Source: Octopus bimaculoides
Lineage: Eukaryota
Direction of reading: 5' to 3'
DNA: 43,097 nt
Assembly (NCBI RefSeq): GCF_001194135.2
Contig: NC_068992.1
Coordinates: forward strand, 27,557,187-27,600,283
Below, in pieces: positions 21,962 through 35,124 of the stretch. The position numbers and the translations under genes are program-made. Positions within the stretch are counted from its first letter, which is position 1. Each line of letters begins with the position of its first letter. The notes under the pieces are model-generated. The model ran no database searches and was not told the DNA's origin. It worked only from the letters and a program-made list of their open reading frames with translations.

Positions 21962-23268
21962 GATATATACATGCATACACACATACACACACATGCATAT
22001 ACACAGCATACACACATACACATACATGCACATATATACTCACACAAACACATGCATATATATATATACACATGTGCACACATACATACACAAACACACA
22101 AGGAGGTACCCAAAAGAAACTGGAATTTTACAATATTTTATTCACTTAGTTTTACATGTTTATACTTTCATCGCCTTCAAAGTATTCTCCATTTGAAGTA
22201 ATGCTTCGTTCCAGACGTATTTTCCACTGTGGGAAGCAGTACTGGAACTCCTGCAAACTGGTGCCTTTAAACATGTCTGTCATTTTTTTTCTTCACCTCT
22301 TCCACATCTTCGAATTCTGTAGTACCAGCTTTCATCACCACTGATGACCCTTGACAAAAGGTATGAATCAACTTCCAACTGTTCTTTCAGGTCACAACAC
22401 ACATTCTAGTTGTGACTGCTTTTGATCTTCTCTGAGCAAGTAAGGCACAAATTTTGCTACAACCCTTTATTTGCAATTTCCTGCCCAAAATTCTTTAGCA
22501 GGAGCTCCAGGACACACCAGTCATATCAACAGGTTCATCAATTGTTCAACAACGGTCCTCCAAGATCAGTTCATGAATTTTCATGATGTTTTCATTCATT
22601 CAGGAGGTCAATGGTCATCCCGAACAAGGTTGGTTCTCAAGTGACAAGTGACTATTCCTAAAGTGTGAAAATCACTCAGAAACTTGTGTTTTGCTCATAG
22701 CAGCATCCTTGTAAGCTGTTTGAAGCATGACAACTGTTTCGGCTGCAGTTTTTCCCCCACCAGAAAACAGAATTTCATGGAAGCATGCTCTTCCTTCATT
22801 TCAGCTATGACAAAATTCGATGAACATGGGAGAACCACTGCAAAACAAAGACACTCCACATGGCAGAATGAACCCTGAAGATTGCATCAATTGGCTTCTA
22901 GCGACAGAAGCCCGAACTACGACAGGCTTGACTTACAAAGAACATTTCCAGTTACTTTTGGGTAACCTCCTTGTATACATATATACTCACACACATGCAC
23001 ATGTATACATATATACACATGTACATATACATATTTAATATATATATATATATATATATACATACATATATACATACATACATATACATATATGCATACA
23101 TATATATATATATATACACATACATATATATATATACACATACATATATATATATACACATATATATACATATATATATATATATATACGCATATACATA
23201 CATATATATATATACACATACATATATACATCATATACACATACATATACACATACATATACACATAC

Positions 23269-23315
<47 letters not shown>
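21905..23315. repeat. Long compound TA/CA microsatellite region split by a mariner insertion
   Basis: Microsatellite at ~21905-22098 and ~22974-23315 flanks the mariner at 22099-22973. Confidence 0.9.
22099..22973 (-). mobile_element. Internally deleted mariner with both TIRs (875 bp)
   Basis: TIRs CAAGGAGGT(T)ACCCAAAAG(A/T)AACTGGAA, with TA at the right flank. The minus strand reads MSKTQVSE.FSHF...LENQPCSG.P, AKFVPYLL and RVISGDESWYY, then jumps near 22318 to EFEDVEEV...GEYFEGDE. Confidence 0.92.
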
Positions 23316-23416
23316 AAGGGCATTATTACAGAAAAATAATAACGCCACACAGTGGACTTCTCAAAATAACCACATTTAGTACCTAATGCGAGGAAAAACA
23401 ACCAACAGAAATCTAG

Positions 23417-23512
23417 NNNNNNNNNNNNNNNNNNNNNNNNNNNNNNNNNNNNNNNNNNNNNNNNNNNNNNNNNNNNNNNNNNNNNNNNNNNNNNNNNNNN
23501 NNNNNNNNNNNN
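23417..23512. other. Assembly gap (96 N)
   Basis: Direct reading. Confidence 1.
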
Positions 23513-23539
23513 TGTAAAAGAGTTTTATCCTTTTTTGAA

Positions 23540-23591
<52 letters not shown>

Positions 23592-24054
23592 CATACACTA
23601 ATGTGAACACATTATCTTTAAGATAGCATGTGTTCATTGGTTTCATTATTATTGATATTATTGGGTTGATATATTTATTTGGTGTATATTTCTAAGTATA
23701 CCTATGGTATGGATGTGGGAAGAATGCTAGCAAGACATGCAACATGAATGAAGCTTGAACATCAATAATGGGAAATGTAAAATAGAGCTATAAGATGAAA
23801 CACAATTATGTTAAAAGAACATGCACTTATAAAGCAATGAAAAATTACTATGTAAATACTGCCACTAAAATTCTTATATATATAGGCACAGGCATGGTCA
23901 TGTGGTAAGAAGTTAGCTTCCCAACTACATGGTTCCAGGTCCAGTCCTATTGTGTAGCACCTTAGGCAAGTGTTTCCAACTATAGCCTCAAACCAACCAA
24001 AACCTTGTGAGTGGATTTGGTAGACAGAAACTGAAAGAAGCTTGTTGTATATAT

Positions 24055-24241
24055 ATCATCATCATCATCATCATCGTTTAACGTCCACTTTCCATGCTAG
24101 CATGGGTTGGACGATTTGACTGAGGACTGGTGAAACCGGATGGCAACACCAGGCTCCAGTCTGATTTGGCAGAGTTTCTACAGCTGGATGCCCTTCCTAA
24201 CGCCAACCACTCAGAGAGTGTAGTGGGTGCTTTTACGTGTC
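24055..24241 (-). mobile_element. Young RTE-related 3' tail copy running into the gap
   Basis: 24076-24241 matches 42882-43047 at 165/166. Confidence 0.92.
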
Positions 24242-25029
24242 NNNNNNNNNNNNNNNNNNNNNNNNNNNNNNNNNNNNNNNNNNNNNNNNNNNNNNNNNNN
24301 NNNNNNNNNNNNNNNNNNNNNNNNNNNNNNNNNNNNNNNNNNNNNNNNNNNNNNNNNNNNNNNNNNNNNNNNNNNNNNNNNNNNNNNNNNNNNNNNNNNN
24401 NNNNNNNNNNNNNNNNNNNNNNNNNNNNNNNNNNNNNNNNNNNNNNNNNNNNNNNNNNNNNNNNNNNNNNNNNNNNNNNNNNNNNNNNNNNNNNNNNNNN
24501 NNNNNNNNNNNNNNNNNNNNNNNNNNNNNNNNNNNNNNNNNNNNNNNNNNNNNNNNNNNNNNNNNNNNNNNNNNNNNNNNNNNNNNNNNNNNNNNNNNNN
24601 NNNNNNNNNNNNNNNNNNNNNNNNNNNNNNNNNNNNNNNNNNNNNNNNNNNNNNNNNNNNNNNNNNNNNNNNNNNNNNNNNNNNNNNNNNNNNNNNNNNN
24701 NNNNNNNNNNNNNNNNNNNNNNNNNNNNNNNNNNNNNNNNNNNNNNNNNNNNNNNNNNNNNNNNNNNNNNNNNNNNNNNNNNNNNNNNNNNNNNNNNNNN
24801 NNNNNNNNNNNNNNNNNNNNNNNNNNNNNNNNNNNNNNNNNNNNNNNNNNNNNNNNNNNNNNNNNNNNNNNNNNNNNNNNNNNNNNNNNNNNNNNNNNNN
24901 NNNNNNNNNNNNNNNNNNNNNNNNNNNNNNNNNNNNNNNNNNNNNNNNNNNNNNNNNNNNNNNNNNNNNNNNNNNNNNNNNNNNNNNNNNNNNNNNNNNN
25001 NNNNNNNNNNNNNNNNNNNNNNNNNNNNN

Positions 25030-25030
<1 letters not shown>
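24242..25030. other. Assembly gap (789 N)
   Basis: Direct reading. Confidence 1.
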
Positions 25031-25078
<48 letters not shown>

Positions 25079-25602
25079 CTATGTGTGTGTGTCATTGTGT
25101 CTGTGTTTGTCCCCCAACCACCACTGCTTGAGAACCAGTGCTGGTATGTTTGCGTCCCTGTAACTTAGTGGTTGGCTATAGAAACCAATAGAATAAGTAC
25201 AAGGTTTAAAAGAGGAGTACTGTGGTCAATTCATTCAACTAAAAATTCAAGGCAGTGCCCCAGCATGGCCACAATCTAATGACTGAAACAAGTAAAAGAT
25301 AAAAGATACACACACAATGATGCATTTTTAATCTAGTTAGTTTTCATTACTAAACACAATGCCGTTATTCTATTTATGCTTATGTGTACGGAAGAATTAA
25401 GTTCACCTCATTCACATTATTGTCACTCTTTTGATATAAACAAAATGAAAGAAGTATATTCTTTGTTTATATGTAACATGCAGTTATGTAATAAAATTTT
25501 GTTACATACAAAATGAAAGTGAATTGAAGCAAGCTGATATGTAGATATACAATAGCAATGAAATCTCAGTATTACTTATGCTAAAGTAATGGACATATTT
25601 TC

Positions 25603-27290
25603 ACAAATGTGCCTGACTGAATGTTTTCTCCTAACTTCCAGAAGAGTTTCAGAAAATTCACACAAGTTGGCTTTGTTTCTTCATAACTTTTAGGAAAATG
25701 GGTATTTTTAAATAAAGATTTCTATGAATGTCTTTCAGAGAGCGTAAATTATGATTATATAGGAATTTGATGTGGAAAAAAATAGTGCGCACACACACAC
25801 ACACACACACACACATACATACTGACACACATCACAATTTTTTTGAAACTAAGTTTCATTTTGTAGATATACATGATGTGTATATGTACAAGTGCTATCC
25901 CGCCAAATTCTTTCTCATATTGAACTCCGATATAATTGTAATCCATACATTCTGAAAGGTATTTGTAGAAAATTTCATGAAAAATATCAATTTTTCTGAA
26001 AGGCATGAGGAAACAAAACCAACTCATGTGAATTTTCTGAAACTCCTCTCATTATCCTCACAAAAATATTTTCACAACAAATTCTTATATTACTGTAATT
26101 TACACAGTACACAAAAACTGCAGTTTGATCATGAACACCACACTGTGGCTAGTTACTGTATATCATGTGTTACCAGAAGTTCATAATAAACATGTATCTT
26201 TTAAAATTATAATCAAAGATATTCATATTAAAGCAGTGGCTATACATACACAAATGTGTGCCACCAACTTTTTCTCCTAACTTCCAGAAAAATGGGTATT
26301 TTTTTTAATGAAATCTTCCACAAGTACGCTTCAGATGGTGTAGATTCTGATTATATCAGAATTTGTTGTGAAAAAAGGTTTTGGATGAATAGAGAGAGGA
26401 GTTTCACACACATCAGCCTTTTTCCATATAACCTTAGCAAAAATGGGTTTTTGAAATGAAAATTTCAACAGATACTTTTCAGAGTCTATAGATTATGATT
26501 ACTTCAAAATTTAGCATGCAAATAAAAATTGGTGGAATACCTTACATATATACTGACATACATCACATTCTTTTTGGAAAATTTTTTCACAACAAATTCC
26601 GATATAATTGGAATTTACACTATCTGAAACATATTTGTATTAGATCATCAAGTATGAAATTTGTAGTGAGGTATATGGTAAACTTTGACAGCTGCTCATT
26701 TTGCACCATTATTATATTTTGACAATCTTTATTTTTTGTTAGAAAGCTGACACATCTATTTCTTTATTATAACTCATTTTTGAATCGAATGGTAACACGT
26801 GATGAGAAATGGGTTCAATGCAACAACTATAAACATTCAGCATAATGGCTGGACAAAGACAAGCCACCAAAACACAGTCCAAAAACCAGAATACATCAAA
26901 AGAAGCTGATGGTGTGTGTTTGATGGTCTGGCGCAGGTGTGATCCATAATGATTTCATTAAACCAGGCTCATCAATCATGGCCGAAGTATACTGCAGCCA
27001 ACTGGACCAAATGATGCAGAAACTTACAAAAAAACAGCCTAGATTAGTCAACAGATCCACTCCTATTTTGCTGCAAGACAATGCCACTGAAATGGTAAAA
27101 GTGTATTGACAATATGGATGCATACTTTGATGAATAAAACTATTCCTTGTATTTATAAAACATTAGCAAACAATATTTTCTTTTCTACAAATTTCATACT
27201 TGATGATCTAATAGAAAATTTCATTAAAAAATATCAATTTTTTTTTAAAGTTAAGAGGAAAGGAAGCCAATGGGGCACATATGTGTAGGT
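25603..27290. mobile_element. Old non-autonomous DNA-transposon-like region built of a ~130-bp module repeated in both orientations (two adjacent fold-back units)
   Basis: 25644-25780 is an imperfect reverse complement of ~25900-26048. 26245-26390 pairs with 26575-26637 plus 27214-27290 once the mariner is removed. The motif AAAAATGGGTATTTTT..ATGAAA..TTC recurs. Superfamily undetermined. Confidence 0.65.
26640..27211 (+). mobile_element. 572-bp deleted mariner with perfect 27-bp TIRs and TA TSD
   Basis: TIR TTAGATCATCAAGTATGAAATTTGTAG at 26640-26666 and 27185-27211, with TA at 26638-39 and 27212-13. Internal frame FLNRMVTRDEKW...WLDKDKPPKH..HQKKLMVCV*WS...PILLQDNA. The N-terminal domain and the third-aspartate region are missing. 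Confidence 0.95.
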
Positions 27291-27358
27291 ACGCTGCAAG
27301 TAACACCCCAGTCAATTACTGTGCATCATTGCACGTGCATGATGTTTTTTATGGACTT

Positions 27359-27445
27359 CCATAAAAAACATATATCTTTTAAGATATGTCCATAAAAAAC
27401 ATATATCTTTTAAAATATGTCCATAAAAAACATATCTTTTAAAAT
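27359..27445. repeat. ~31-bp minisatellite, about 3 copies
   Basis: CCATAAAAAACATATATCTTT(T)AA(G/A)ATATGT repeated. Confidence 0.9.
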
Positions 27446-27474
27446 TAAAATCGAAGATACACACACACACACTC

Positions 27475-27612
27475 AACATACTCTTTTGGAAGAGGATTAT
27501 AGCCAACTTCATTACTTGATTAGTACTTATTCTATCAAACCTGGAAGATGGAAGACAAAGTTGACCACAGTGAGATCTGAACTTAGAATGTAAAAGAATG
27601 TAATTAAAACCC
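27475..27612 (-). mobile_element. Old SINE fragment (family of 28948-29160)
   Basis: Reverse complement CATTCTAAGTTCAGATC..GGTCAACTTTGTCTTCCATC..GATAGAATAAGTAC is homologous to 29010-29085. Confidence 0.55.
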
Positions 27613-28123
27613 ATCACAGAAAGTATTTTGTCTGTATACCAATTCTGGCACTCTAATGTCTTAGAATTTCCTATATCACAGACTAAGGATAACTGAGTAA
27701 ATTAGAAGCAGTTAATATTCAAGGTAGTGATTGGATAGAACACAAAATTAGAGAAGTTACAGATGAATGGAAATTTAGGGAAAAAAAGATTGGATAATAT
27801 GGGTCTGACATTGTAGAATTGGTTAAAAACCTTTCTAATTTTGCAATTTCATTCTTTACTGAAAAATTATGCACATCCCTAAATGAGACATTAACAATTC
27901 TGAATTTATAGTAACTCAGTAATAGCATTTCATTTTATTTTCATAATTTATCTCAGATTTGTATTTATTTGATTTATGCTAGGTCTTTTTATTCAAATTT
28001 AAGTATATCTCTGATGGAAGAGTACTGTCAATTAGTAATTAAGATATTAACAAGATTAAGCCTCCTGTGTCTGAAATCAAAAATTTCTGAGTCAACTTTC
28101 CAGTTATTCACAAGATGCATTCA

Positions 28124-28465
28124 TCCTCATCATCATTGTCCTTTAACGTCCATTTTCCACACTGGCATAAGTTGGACGGTTTGACCAGAGCTGGCAAGCT
28201 GGGGAGTTGCACCAGGTTCCAGCCTGATTTGGCTTGGTTTCTACAGCTGGATGCCCTTCCTAATGCCAACCACTTTACAGTGTGTGTTGGTTGCTTTTAA
28301 TGTGAAACTGGCACAAGCACTTTTGTGTGACACCAGCACCAGTGCTTTTTATGTGACACCAGCACAGGACTCTTGAAGTCCAATCCTCTTTGCCAGAGGG
28401 TGTGGCTTTAACTTAACACTTCTGCTATGGAAGATGGGTTTTCTGGTGAACAGCAAGGTGCCAGG
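28124..28465 (-). mobile_element. RTE-type 3' UTR/tail, older subfamily
   Basis: Collinear with 12778-13097, with three short GCTTTT..GTG..AC..GCAC units. Confidence 0.75.
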
Positions 28466-28947
28466 TATGTTGGTCCTTATTTCAAAATCATTAAATGTTA
28501 TAAACATTTTGCGCTTTTCCTACTTTTGAATATTAAATAGTTTATCAACTATTTCTCAATGTAACTTCATGTATACTTTCCTTTGTACATTTAGCTAGTG
28601 AAAATCATTAAAAAAAAACTAAAACCTTACACCAGCCAAAATAATAGATACTGGGATTAATTAGCACTAATTAAATTGTTTTTTTTTTTGTTTCTTTGTA
28701 ACTATCTTAACAAATTCCTCACTAACTTTTATAGCATATATCAAGTTGTATGTCTACATTTTTGTTGAATGTTTCTAACACTGTTGCATTTCACTATCAA
28801 ATAGTTTCCTTGTGAAACCATAAGTATATTACCCAGTAATTAATTGTACATTAAGGGAATCAATGTAATTTCATTTCTAAAATCTATGCAAATCCTTATA
28901 TATTTTTTTTTACTGTCTGCTTTTTATTATTATGCATCACACAAAAC

Positions 28948-29160
28948 AGCAGGCTGGCAGGATTATTAGCATGCCATATAAAAAGTGTAACAGCATTTTT
29001 TCCAGTTTTGCATTCTGAGTTCAAATTCTGTTGAGGTTGCCTCTGCCTTTCACCCTCTCAGAGTCGATAAAATAAGTACAAGTTGAGCACTGGAGTTGAT
29101 ATAATTAACTAGTCCCTTCTCTCAGAATTTCATGCCTTGTGTCAACAGCAGAAAGAATTA
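28948..29160 (+). mobile_element. Old tRNA-like-headed SINE
   Basis: GGCTGGCAGGATTATTAGC head, a B-box-like GAGTTCAAATTC, and a GTCGATAAAATAAGTAC motif shared with other SINEs in the window. Confidence 0.55.
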
Positions 29161-32100
29161 TCACACAATTTTAAGCACAAGTATTGTGAAACAACTTCAT
29201 ACAGCAAGATTTGTCATCAAGAGTAAAAGCTCTCTGAAATTATTTTTAACAATACACACAATATACAATATTTAGATCTTCAAATAATAGATGAAGCTGC
29301 ACACATGTCTGTTAACTTCTATCAAAGATTCCCTGCAATTTAAGAGCTTTTACTGATGTACAGTGAAAGAGTGGAGAGGAGATTTTAACTTACTATCAAT
29401 CTTACATGAACAATGAGCCTAAACAAGTCTGTAACCATTATCTAAGCCTTTTACATTAATCTGTCTGTCTATTAATCTGGCTGAATTATATGCTATTCCT
29501 GCTTCATAGATGAATAGTTAACTAGCAGGAAGAATAACATCCAGCATTTACATTAAAAAAAATCCACTTAGAGAATGTGTATAAGTATTTTCAGTGAATT
29601 ATAGTGATATATCTGAAGAATTAATTTTCTGTGTGTATCCTGTTTTTTTTTAATTGGTTCATTGTACCCCTGTATGTCATAAGAAAAGGCTAAAAAATTG
29701 ACATCAAAAAGGAAAACCAGTCATAAGATAATACCTCATAAGTCCCATCTAATTTATACCAGCATTAAAAAAAAGTATGTAAAAATGATGATGATGACAA
29801 TTTACAAAGATGTTTATTCAAATAAACTTTAAAAAAAAGACTATAAAATCCAACAAAAATAATTAAACCCTATTTATTCTTGTGCAGAAAAAAGAAAGAT
29901 TAATAATATATTTACATTGACATAGAAAAGCTGGTCTTTAAATCAAAGTTTCAATGACAGGTAAAAAAAAAAATATGATCTAACTAACTATGTCTTGGAG
30001 GTTAAGTAGTATATGTATCATAAGAATTTCAAACTTTCCAATCTATGAAAATATAGAAGGGTCTAACATTTAAGATTGCGATAGAAAATGAGGTATCAAA
30101 TTTAATGCAAATACCAAAGTATAACTCAGTTGGGGAGAAGTGACATTTCTGAAGAAAGAGGCTACAATTAAATTTTGTAGAATAAAATAAAACTAAAGTT
30201 CAATATGTTAAAATGTAAAGCATTTTTAGAAAAAAGCATTTTCACATTTTATTATTTTTCATCAATTAACATAAAAGCAGTGATAACAGAAACTAATATG
30301 AAAAGTTAAATACATTTGTAATTTCAAACTTCATCTGAAATCATTAATAAACTTAATGTTCTAATTAGAACTAATACTTTATGATCATTTAATTAGTTTC
30401 AAATCTGAAGTAAAGACAATAATTTACAGCAACAACATTATCATTTTAGATGCATCTGCCAGATATTCAACTTCATTCTAAAAAGTGTTCATAAGTACAA
30501 AGTAATTTCCATGCTGATTACATAGCAAACATACAAAGACAGAATTTGTAAAAACACAGTTGTTTGTCAATTATATTGATAATCACTCATCACATTTGGA
30601 ATATTGTTTCTAAAATACATTTACCTAGTATATTTTGAAGTATAGCTATAGTTACTTCTTAATGCAAATATATTTTACTACCTTTATCTTAGAAATTGAA
30701 AATCAAAACACAATACATACATACACAATCTATGATATGACTACAATTTGACAGCTATAATATTTTGGTATTAGAAGTCTTAGAAGAAAAAGTTACACTA
30801 CATATTCTCATCAATATATGTTTAACATTTTATTCTGAAATTTATATGTATCCATTTACAGAACATAGGTACTAAATAAATATATCAATAAACTAATTTG
30901 TCATAAAACTAATTTATAATGACATAATAAATATAAATTAATAATTTGCATAGCTCTACAAAAAAAACAAAAACTTTAACCTCAATGTACATCTAATAAA
31001 TATTGGTACTTACCACTTAAAAAAATCTATTTTGAAACACAATTTCTGAAATTTTCAAACTTGGTCTTTCAGTTCTTTAACAAATGTTTTTTTTTTTTTA
31101 CCTAATCCTTTTGACTCCTGCTACCAGCTTGGTTCTAGTTAGTTTTCTGTGTCCACAGCAGAATCACTGCACTAAGTTATCAGAGTGAAACATGGTGGAA
31201 CAAAATTTGCAGTTCACAGATAAATAAAGAGCCAGTCTGAATAGCAACCAATAATTTATCCACCAGACACATACTTTTGAATTTAGTAATTTAAAAGATT
31301 TATAATCTATTTTGCACTTCCAAGTATATTCATATGGAAATGTTTTGTGTTTTTGTAAATACTATACTTTTTTAACAAACGTGCACAATGCTATAAAGGT
31401 GTTATAACACGTATAGGTTCAAATCAAACTAATATTTACTTGACTGGCTGACAGGCTGACAGAACAGCTGGTTGGCTGGCTGCCTTGTGGTAGTGTTGGC
31501 TGAGTTGTTGGCTGGTTGGCAATGTTACTGAGTGGCTGGCCAACTAAGTTGTTTATTTTTAGTAATCTAGTCTTTTGACAGTATAATATAATTTGCTTCT
31601 ATAATAACATGATATCATGATAGCATAATGCTTATGGATCACTAACTATCTTAGTTTAAACTGTCAGCAATAATTATTGATTAAATAATTTAGAATTTAG
31701 TGGCAACACTTCCCAACCATCAAATTCTCAATTTATATGCATTCTATATATATAAAATAATGAAAAAAAAATTAAAAAAAGAAAGAACAGAAATGAAAGA
31801 CAGCAAAAGAAAGATGAAAGAGAAATAATTACCATGGCTAGAGAAACAAAAACTGTTATCTCTAATTGTAAATGCCTTTGCAGGAAAGTATTTAGTAAAT
31901 GTAAATTAAACAGCTTTCCTTTTATCAGAATCATACATAGATGTTGTCATGATTTCAACCAGATGGCAGGTATCTCAATAATGAAAATTAGCTCAACATT
32001 ATCCATACAATTGTGAAAAATATAATATTAAAATATGTTAGAAAATAATGTGTTTGCATGTGAATCTCATCCATGTTGGTTACATAAGCATCATAAAATA

Positions 32101-33452
32101 TGATATTCTATGTAAGTTTGAACTAGGTATTGCAAGCCACCAAACTAAATATCAATTTCTAATTAGTTCTACTCTTATCAAGTTGCTTGCTGTTTGAGAT
32201 CTTTTGAAATTGGCTTCACTTTTTGAAATTTTAAAATTAAGTGAAAATTTTCAAATTTGGTATATTGATTTGATATATTAATTTTGATTTGGTATATCAA
32301 ATTTGGTATATTAATTTTCAAATTTGGTAATTTTTCACAGTGAATCTGATGCTGTTATTCACTTGCTCCAGAAAAAAAAACATTAGAAAAATGTTAGAGG
32401 TTTAAATTTTGATAATTTTTACCCAATCAGAAAACTGAATATGGAAGCTGGCAATTTCTGCATAATGACAGCATTACAATGACAAAACATTCAACAACGG
32501 AATTTTTAATAAATAAAGTCATGTGAAATGTTTGAACAGGCATGTAATGTGAAAAATTACAAAAAAAACTTAAGCTGAAACTAAACATTAAATTATCAAA
32601 AAAATGGAAGTTTCAATGCACTCTAAGAGTGTCTGTGTAACTTAGGCAGAACATCTGCATTCACAGCCACAATAAGAGTGAAGGATGTTTCTATGAAAGT
32701 CTAACAATCAATAATTTATATAAATTTCTACTTCTTCAGAAATAATCATTAAAGTTATTGTTAACATTTTGAAATCAAATGGTTAAATTCATTAGTAACA
32801 TTTTAATAAAACCCGGTTAATCTGCCATTCCTGAGTTATCCAGTCTCAAGTATTACTTTCACATGTTTAGAGACCTAATCCTAAACATGTATAACTAATT
32901 AAACATATTGTATTTTGAGAGGGTCATTTTGTTAATAAAGGCACATAACACATTGGTTGTAATTCACTTCTTTATTGTTGATTAATTGGTTAAGTTAGTC
33001 TGTTAAATACTTTTGCCACATAGCTGCGGCCAAATCAACGGCTGCCACTTTCTGTGACTCCAAAAATTTATGAGTTACAGAAAAAAGGATACTAAATAAA
33101 AAATTAATTGTGAGATGAAAGACTTTGAGAAAAGAATCAATAATGAATTAATTAACTAATTAATTAACATTAAAGTAGTGAACAACATCCTGTGCATGCA
33201 TTTATTAGTAGCATGAACCTCTCAAAGTATAACAAAATCTCTTTCACAATTTCACCTCAAGAATTTCATCAAATACCATCAGACACAGCCAAAGACTTTT
33301 CTGATGTGAAGTGCAATATGTCTTTCCCCAAAATAACAAAAAAAAACATCATATATTTCCAAAAATTTTTTTTCATAAAAATATTGGAAAAATTTCCCTC
33401 AAAGTAGAAAATCCAACATTAATGGGCATTCTGATCTAAAATTCCACCAATT

Positions 33453-34410
33453 GGCTGTTGTGGCATGGCTTCTACAGCTTGATGCCCTTCCTCATGCCAA
33501 CCACTCTACAGGAGTGCATTTATGCAGCACCGGTACAAGTGCATTTTATGTGGCACCGGCACCTGTAAAGGACAAGCTTGTATGTATGGATGACTGGTTT
33601 TACTCAGCTTGGCACATTTTCTCAAGTACAGCAAACCATCACAACTCCCAGTCTCATGTCATTTCCTTAGTGAGGCCAAGCATCTGAAGAGCCTTCCTCA
33701 CCACTTCATCCCATGTCTTCACTTCATCCCATGTCTTTCTATCTCTTACACAGGTTCCCGCCACAATTAGAGCTTGACGCTTCTTTATGACCAAACTAGC
33801 ACAGTCTTCTCTCTTGCATACAACATCTGATGCCTCTTACACCCAGTTTCCCTCTTAAATCATTTACGCTCTATCATGCATGCACACTGACATTACCCAT
33901 CCAGCAGAGCATACTAGCTTCATTTCTTTTAAGCCTTTGCAAGTCCTCTATAGTCAAAGCCGGCATCATACAATCTGCCTTTCACTCTAAGAAGCCCTTA
34001 GTTACCAACAAAGGTAGAAGCTTTCTGAACTTAGCCCAGCCCATTCTCATTTTAACAACTACACTCTCAGAACTTCCTCCTCCCGTGTTAACTTGGTAGC
34101 TATCTGCTACTTCTAATGATCTTCTCAAGCATTTGAGGGAGTCTATTGTCAGCACAGTTTTAGTGCTTATTGTATCTGCACATTTGCCACACACAAAAAC
34201 TATTTTCTCTGTTAACCTTCCTGTAATACTGTTGCGCCTCTTACATGTCCAAACCTTGCACTGTGTACAATGTTTGGAGTTTCTAACAACACTTTTCTTA
34301 CATATCAAGCAGAGCCATCTCTCTGAAGGGACTTGTGATTTTGGATGTGAACTTTTTTCTCATATATTTTTGATCAAAAACTGACACTTACATATCATGC
34401 CAGGTTCCTC
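33453..34410 (-). mobile_element. 5'-truncated RTE LINE remnant (finger, C-terminus, 3' UTR)
   Basis: ORF 33982-34308 (CKKSVVRNSKHCTQCKVWTCKRR...FVCGKC...MGWAKFRKLLPLLVTKG) is homologous to 919-1617. An 18-bp tandem duplication CACTTCATCCCATGTCTT lies near 33702-33737. Tail motif at 33470-33510. Confidence 0.9.
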
Positions 34411-34602
34411 AATTACCCTCATATTTCCACCCCTTCACAACGTTTGTCCCATTATAGGTTAATATACTGGAGCACTATAACACAATTTAACATTAAGACA
34501 ACCTGATCTCTTAATTTAATTATCTTAATTTAAAAAGATGATTTGTGTCTCAAGGTCAATGTGTCATTATCACTACTTCTCATTGCTGTCTAATTATCTT
34601 AC

Positions 34603-34735
34603 CTATATTTATTGATTAACCATATACATGACAACCAAAAGTTGGCATGAAAGTGAGGCATAATAATAAATGGATTGTAGTTCCCTAGAAATTACACTGT
34701 CAGACTTTGGCAAGTATCTCATTTGTTCTCTTTTA
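34603..34735 (-). CDS. Weak candidate exon (xKREQMRYLPKSDSVISRELQSIYYYASLSCQLLVVMYMVNQ*)
   Basis: Poly-T acceptor ...CATTATTATCCAG| and donor AG|GTAAGA. The only long frame is phase-compatible with 35009-35124 but stops just before the donor. Confidence 0.25.
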
Positions 34736-35008
34736 CTGGATAATAATGAAAAAAAAAAAAGAAATTTCATATTTGTATGTAAAAATTAATTATTTCATCA
34801 AATGTCTGATACTGTCTATTTACTGATTGTTGAATGAGAGTTGAAACTAAGTACAGTTCTCTTCAGTATTAATCAGTTTGATAGATCTCATCGATAAATG
34901 ATTTTAATAAAGCAATAAAAAGGATATTTTGCAAAACAGTAATTATTTAGTTTGTTTTTGATATATGACAAAACAAACAACTCTTATGAAATCTAAAGTA
35001 TGTCTTAC

Positions 35009-35124
35009 CTGCAGTCTGGATTCACAGTGATGGTATTACGATTATATGTCCTATTTGGAACAAACTCAGATTTTAGTACTTGTGACATGAAGCTTGGTTG
35101 TTTTTTTCTACTTTGGCACCAAAT
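35009..35124 (-). CDS. Candidate internal coding exon of an unidentified host gene (IWCQSRKKQPSFMSQVLKSEFVPNRTYNRNTITVNPDC+AG)
   Basis: Acceptor TTCTATTTTGTAATTTCACAG| and donor CAG|GTAAGA. 116 nt, one of three frames open, phase 0 to 2. No repeat similarity noticed. Confidence 0.5.

Larger units (their letters stand above)
23884..25308 (+). mobile_element. CORE-like SINE (same family as 4917-5315) split at its internal (TA)n by a young RTE-tail insertion and a gap
   Basis: 5' half 23884-24045 matches 4917-5075. 3' half ~25085-25308 matches ~5110-5315. Confidence 0.8.

Noticed and set aside
21895-23348. YI/HT/CV-rich ORFs, also at 19446-19628, 20518-20763 and 39812-40072
   Set aside because: They are translations of TA/CA microsatellites.
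23413-25168. Long ORFs containing X
   Set aside because: Artefacts of the N gaps.
27359-27445. Regular ~31-bp repeats superficially like a CRISPR array (also the 87-bp units at 14058-14290)
   Set aside because: They are head-to-tail with no unique spacers, there are no cas genes, and the context is eukaryotic.
31441-31600. Minus-strand Q/P/T-rich open frame (GQPLSNIANQPTTQPTLPQGSQP)
   Set aside because: Explained by low-complexity GGCT/GGTT repeats, with weak splice sites.
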